Origin: Eledone cirrhosa
Lineage: Eukaryota
Reading direction: 5' to 3'
NCBI GenBank assembly: GCA_964016885.1
Contig: OZ024743.1
Span: 361,026,001 to 361,090,000 of the forward strand
DNA length: 64,000 bases
Within the stretch, counting starts at the first letter, position 1, and each line of letters begins with the position of its first letter. A model generated the notes under the pieces. That model was given only the letters and a program-made list of their open reading frames with translations, was not told the DNA's origin and searched no databases. A program made the position numbers and the translations under genes. Shown here piece after piece: positions 60,168 to 64,000 of this stretch.

Positions 60168-63100
60168 TAGTCAACGCGATCAGTCGCATATTTTGACGTG
60201 GGAGACTATTTATTAAATTTAAGATGAATACTATCTCCGACAGTAATGGCACAACTACATTCGGGTTGAATAACTGGTTATTCTTCTAACTATATCTTCT
60301 GAAGACACCTATTATTCGAATTCATAGAGATATCCGACTAAATACATAATTCATTTTACAAGGATTTGCTACAAACACCATGGCTGAACACAACATCAAC
60401 AACAACATTAAGGAAGTATCGACGACAAATAACAAGGAAGGTAATCAAACTTTATTCAGTTGTAGCTACAGTAGAAACCGAAATTATAAATCGCAATTCT
60501 CTTGGTGTTGCGAACGTAATAATGATTTATTTAATTATTATAAAATGGCAAAAAACAATTCCTCCATTGGCTATATGAATAGAATGAAGCTACACTGGGA
60601 CGAAATGCACCCAGGGCTAAATTATTTCACAGCGAAACAATTACGCCAACAAGCAACGTTTGTTGAACGTAAAAATAAGATAAATTTTATTAATTGTAAG
60701 TCCCCAACAACAAACATGTTATCAACAACACGTGCTACAGGTCGCCATGCTGCTAGACTTCCTAGCAGCCAGGTAGAACAGCGCCTTTGAAACAACTATG
60801 TCTGTAAGAAACTTGACACCACCTGTACCATCGAAGTCTACCTCGAATGCTGGTGAAAACACTATCGATAATAATAATAATCGAATAAATGTGACACCAC
60901 GTATACCATCCTAGTTTCGATACCTACTATCGAATAATACCTACTATCGATAATGGTAATCAAAAGTATAAACAATTGAAAATTTCCCTGACAGAAATCT
61001 TCCAGAGAGAAATTAACTCATATATAAATATCTCTCTTGCTGAACGTGTTAAAACGACAATGGTGAATGAAAAAAACAAATAATGAAATACTACGTGTTA
61101 TTGACGAAATAGGGGATAAAAACCCCAACATTTTTGCAAATCAACGCCTGTTTATATGCCCTAGCAACGACAGTGAAGCATTATCTTGGTGATAGCATAG
61201 ATATTAACAAGAACAAAACACCAGCAAAAATACCACCATATATAACTAAAATAGAAAAAAAGAGTGCTGACCTACGAAAAAACATAGAATATGTGACAAT
61301 GCTCCTTACAAACACAAAAAAACCTCACTCTTCACCAACAAAGAGTCGAAAATAAAATAGAGACGATATTTGGTAACAGTAGAACCAGAACTCTGCAATA
61401 TAATCTGATCACCCTCAAACAAGAATTGGGAGCTGCTAGCGAGAAACGCCGATGCCTGAAGAAGGTAGATGAGAGAAAAGTGCTTAATAAAAGATTCAGA
61501 CGAAACCAAATATCAGTCTATAGAGATATGAATTGCAAAATAATAAGTGTCACTGAGGCCCCATCCCAGAAAGACAGATTCCTTTTGGAGAAAAATATGG
61601 GGTGAAAAGAAGAATTTCAACCAAGATGCAGTGTGGCTAAGAGAAATCCGAAAGAACGATTGCACCTACATTACAACAAAAACATACGAAATAAGTGAGG
61701 GTACCCTTGAGACTGTGATAGGAAAACTCCAAGATAAGAAAACACCAGGAAGAGACATGATTGTCGGCTACTGGTACAAAAAACTAATATTCTATCGGAG
61801 GTATCTTACTGACATCTACCAACAAGTTCTTAAGGGAGATACACTTATACCAGAATCGTTGACATTAGCACACATGTACTGGTCCCCAAGAACAAAGACA
61901 CCCACTTGGCATAAAACTACTGACCCATTGCATGCCAGAACCTGATGTATAAGATGTATACAGCCTGCCTGAACCTATTCCTCCAAGATCACTGTGAAAA
62001 TAATAACATCATCACAGATGAACAAGCAGCTGGAAAGAAAGGGGTTTGGGGATGTGCTGAACAACTCCTAATCAACAAAACTGCGATGTCGGAGGTGCGA
62101 CAACTTCGGAGGAATATGGCTACAGTCTGGCTGGACTACAGGAAAGCTTTCGATTCTGTTCCCCACTCTTGGATGATAGAGGCCTTCCAACTTGCTAAAG
62201 TTCCAGACATTATTGTCAGAGCCATAGAGAGGCTGTCTTATTCGTGGGCTACTATCCTAAGGTAAAAGACAGTGAGGGAGGACTCTATTTTCACTGATAA
62301 AATAAAATATTGCAGGGGAATATTTCAGGGGGGAGTGTCTCTCTGTGATGTTATTCATATTGTCATTAAAACCCTTGTCCTTTCTGCTCAAGAAATGTGA
62401 GGGATACATCATTGGCTCACAGTAGGACAGAAATACGAACCTAACTCATAATTTCTTTGTGGACGATCTGAAACTCTATGCCAAAGACATGGATGGGATG
62501 AAGAAAAATCTTGACCTGGTTACAACGTTCTCAAAGGATATAGGAATGGAGTTTGGCCAAGATAAATGCTCATACATGACTGTAAAGCGGGGAAAAACAA
62601 CAACCCAATCTAGCAACATTGTCATCAATAGCCTAAGTGTTTCACCGATATCTGATGAGGACTGCTACAGATACCTGGGGATAGATGATAAAATATCCTA
62701 TAATGGTATCTGTAATAAAGAACGCGTAACCAGGGAATACTACACCCGATTAAGAAAGATCTGGTCATCGGAACTCTCTGCACAAAACAAAACAGTGGCT
62801 CACAATATCTTTGCTGTGCCTGTCCTAACGCCAACGTTTGGAATACTCAATTGGACGATAGACGAAATCCGAGCAGTTGATGTTGGAACTCGAAAAATAC
62901 TAAACAACGCAGGAAACTTCCACATTAACAGTGACAAGTCTATCTGCATGAAACAGATAAGATCATGAGAGTTGGGAAGGAACTCCTCGAAAGATATTCT
63001 CTGTATGATAATCAAAAACTCACACCCAGGGATGGCGCTCAGCACTATCGCAGTGAATCCATGAATGAAAAACTGCATGATTATCAGCAAAAAATGTTGC

Positions 63101-63840
63101 ATGGAGATGTTGCCAGGAAGCTCTAGAGTGAGAGTAATATAGATAAGGAAAGTAGTCTATTTTGGACCAACAACCGCTATATTGGCTCTCACTCTGAAGG
63201 ATACGCTTTTGCAATCCAGGAACAGGAGATTAGCACGAAATGCCTGATTCACAAAAAGATAGGGATGCAGGCAAAACACCTAGATGTGATAACAAGTGCA
63301 GACTCTGCAGAACTAACATCGAGGATATCACCCATGTCATCAGCAGCTGTCCAAAGATGTCATCGCGGTACTATCTACCTATGAGGCATGATGTAGTGGC
63401 CAAACCACTGTACAATGCAGTTCGTAAAAACGATAGCCCCGATAATAAACACATTAAAAGCTACAACAATGTGGAAGACATCCATGTACATAATATGAAA
63501 GAGCACTGGTGGAATGTTCCAGTAAAAATCCCAATAAAATGCAGGCATAACAGACCAGATATTATGATATGGGACAGGGAGAAGAAAGCATGCACAGTAG
63601 TGGAAATTAGCTGCAGATGCTAAGCATATACCCATGCACACACACAACTCAAAAGATACACATACACACATACAATAACATCCATATCTACACATGCATG
63701 CATGCATACATAATCTACCTTGTTGATGTTGTGTAAATTCCAATGAGAGAATCTATTGTGTCTATGTTAGAAACCGACTCACTCTCTATTGGGAACAAAT
63801 TTGTGAAATTATAAAACCAGATGAACATACATACATACAT
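60168..63840 (+). mobile_element. Degenerate R4/Dong-clade element in (TACA)n, copy 2
   Basis: Colinear with 42191-46256 and has the same 5' start. Deletion of about 130 bp at 62937 and loss of the RLE C-terminus at about 63620. TACA repeats at both ends. Confidence 0.93.
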
Positions 63841-64000
63841 ACACTCATACATACGTACGTACGTACGTAATTTTTATGAGAGTACTTTCAGGTTGGCAAG
63901 GACCTTGAAGGATTGAAATGTTGTTGAAGCAATTGAATGCTAACTTACAGCTTAACTCCGTACCGTGCACGATGCATGGTGGGGAATTAAATAGAATAGA

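Noticed and set aside
60290-60335. HHR-like CTGAAGA with 7-bp stem I in the 5' UTR of the TACA Dong family
   Set aside because: Stem II does not pair and GAAA is absent in both copies, so it is likely chance.

Overview
AT-rich, microsatellite-dense animal genomic DNA, most likely a cephalopod (octopod-like); this is inferred from the tRNA-derived SINE and the TE content. I see no host protein-coding gene. The window is a mosaic of retroelements: R4/Dong-clade RT + restriction-like-endonuclease elements (one nearly intact, and two copies of a family sitting in (TACA)n), Tx1 and RTE fragments, Penelope-like elements (PLEs) of three types (Neptune-, Hydra- and Naiad-like), SINEs and Helitron-like pieces. 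The most striking unexplained layer is a dense set of non-coding 0.2-0.7 kb units bounded by (TA)n that carry type I hammerhead ribozyme (HHR) motifs. I count about 20 motif loci from at least 10 sequence families. They occur as head-to-tail, circularly permuted or fold-back copies, which fits a diverse retrozyme / PLE pseudo-LTR system. Two of these families are fused in opposite polarity at two separate loci. All folds, alignments and family assignments were done by eye, and coordinates may be off by a few bases.
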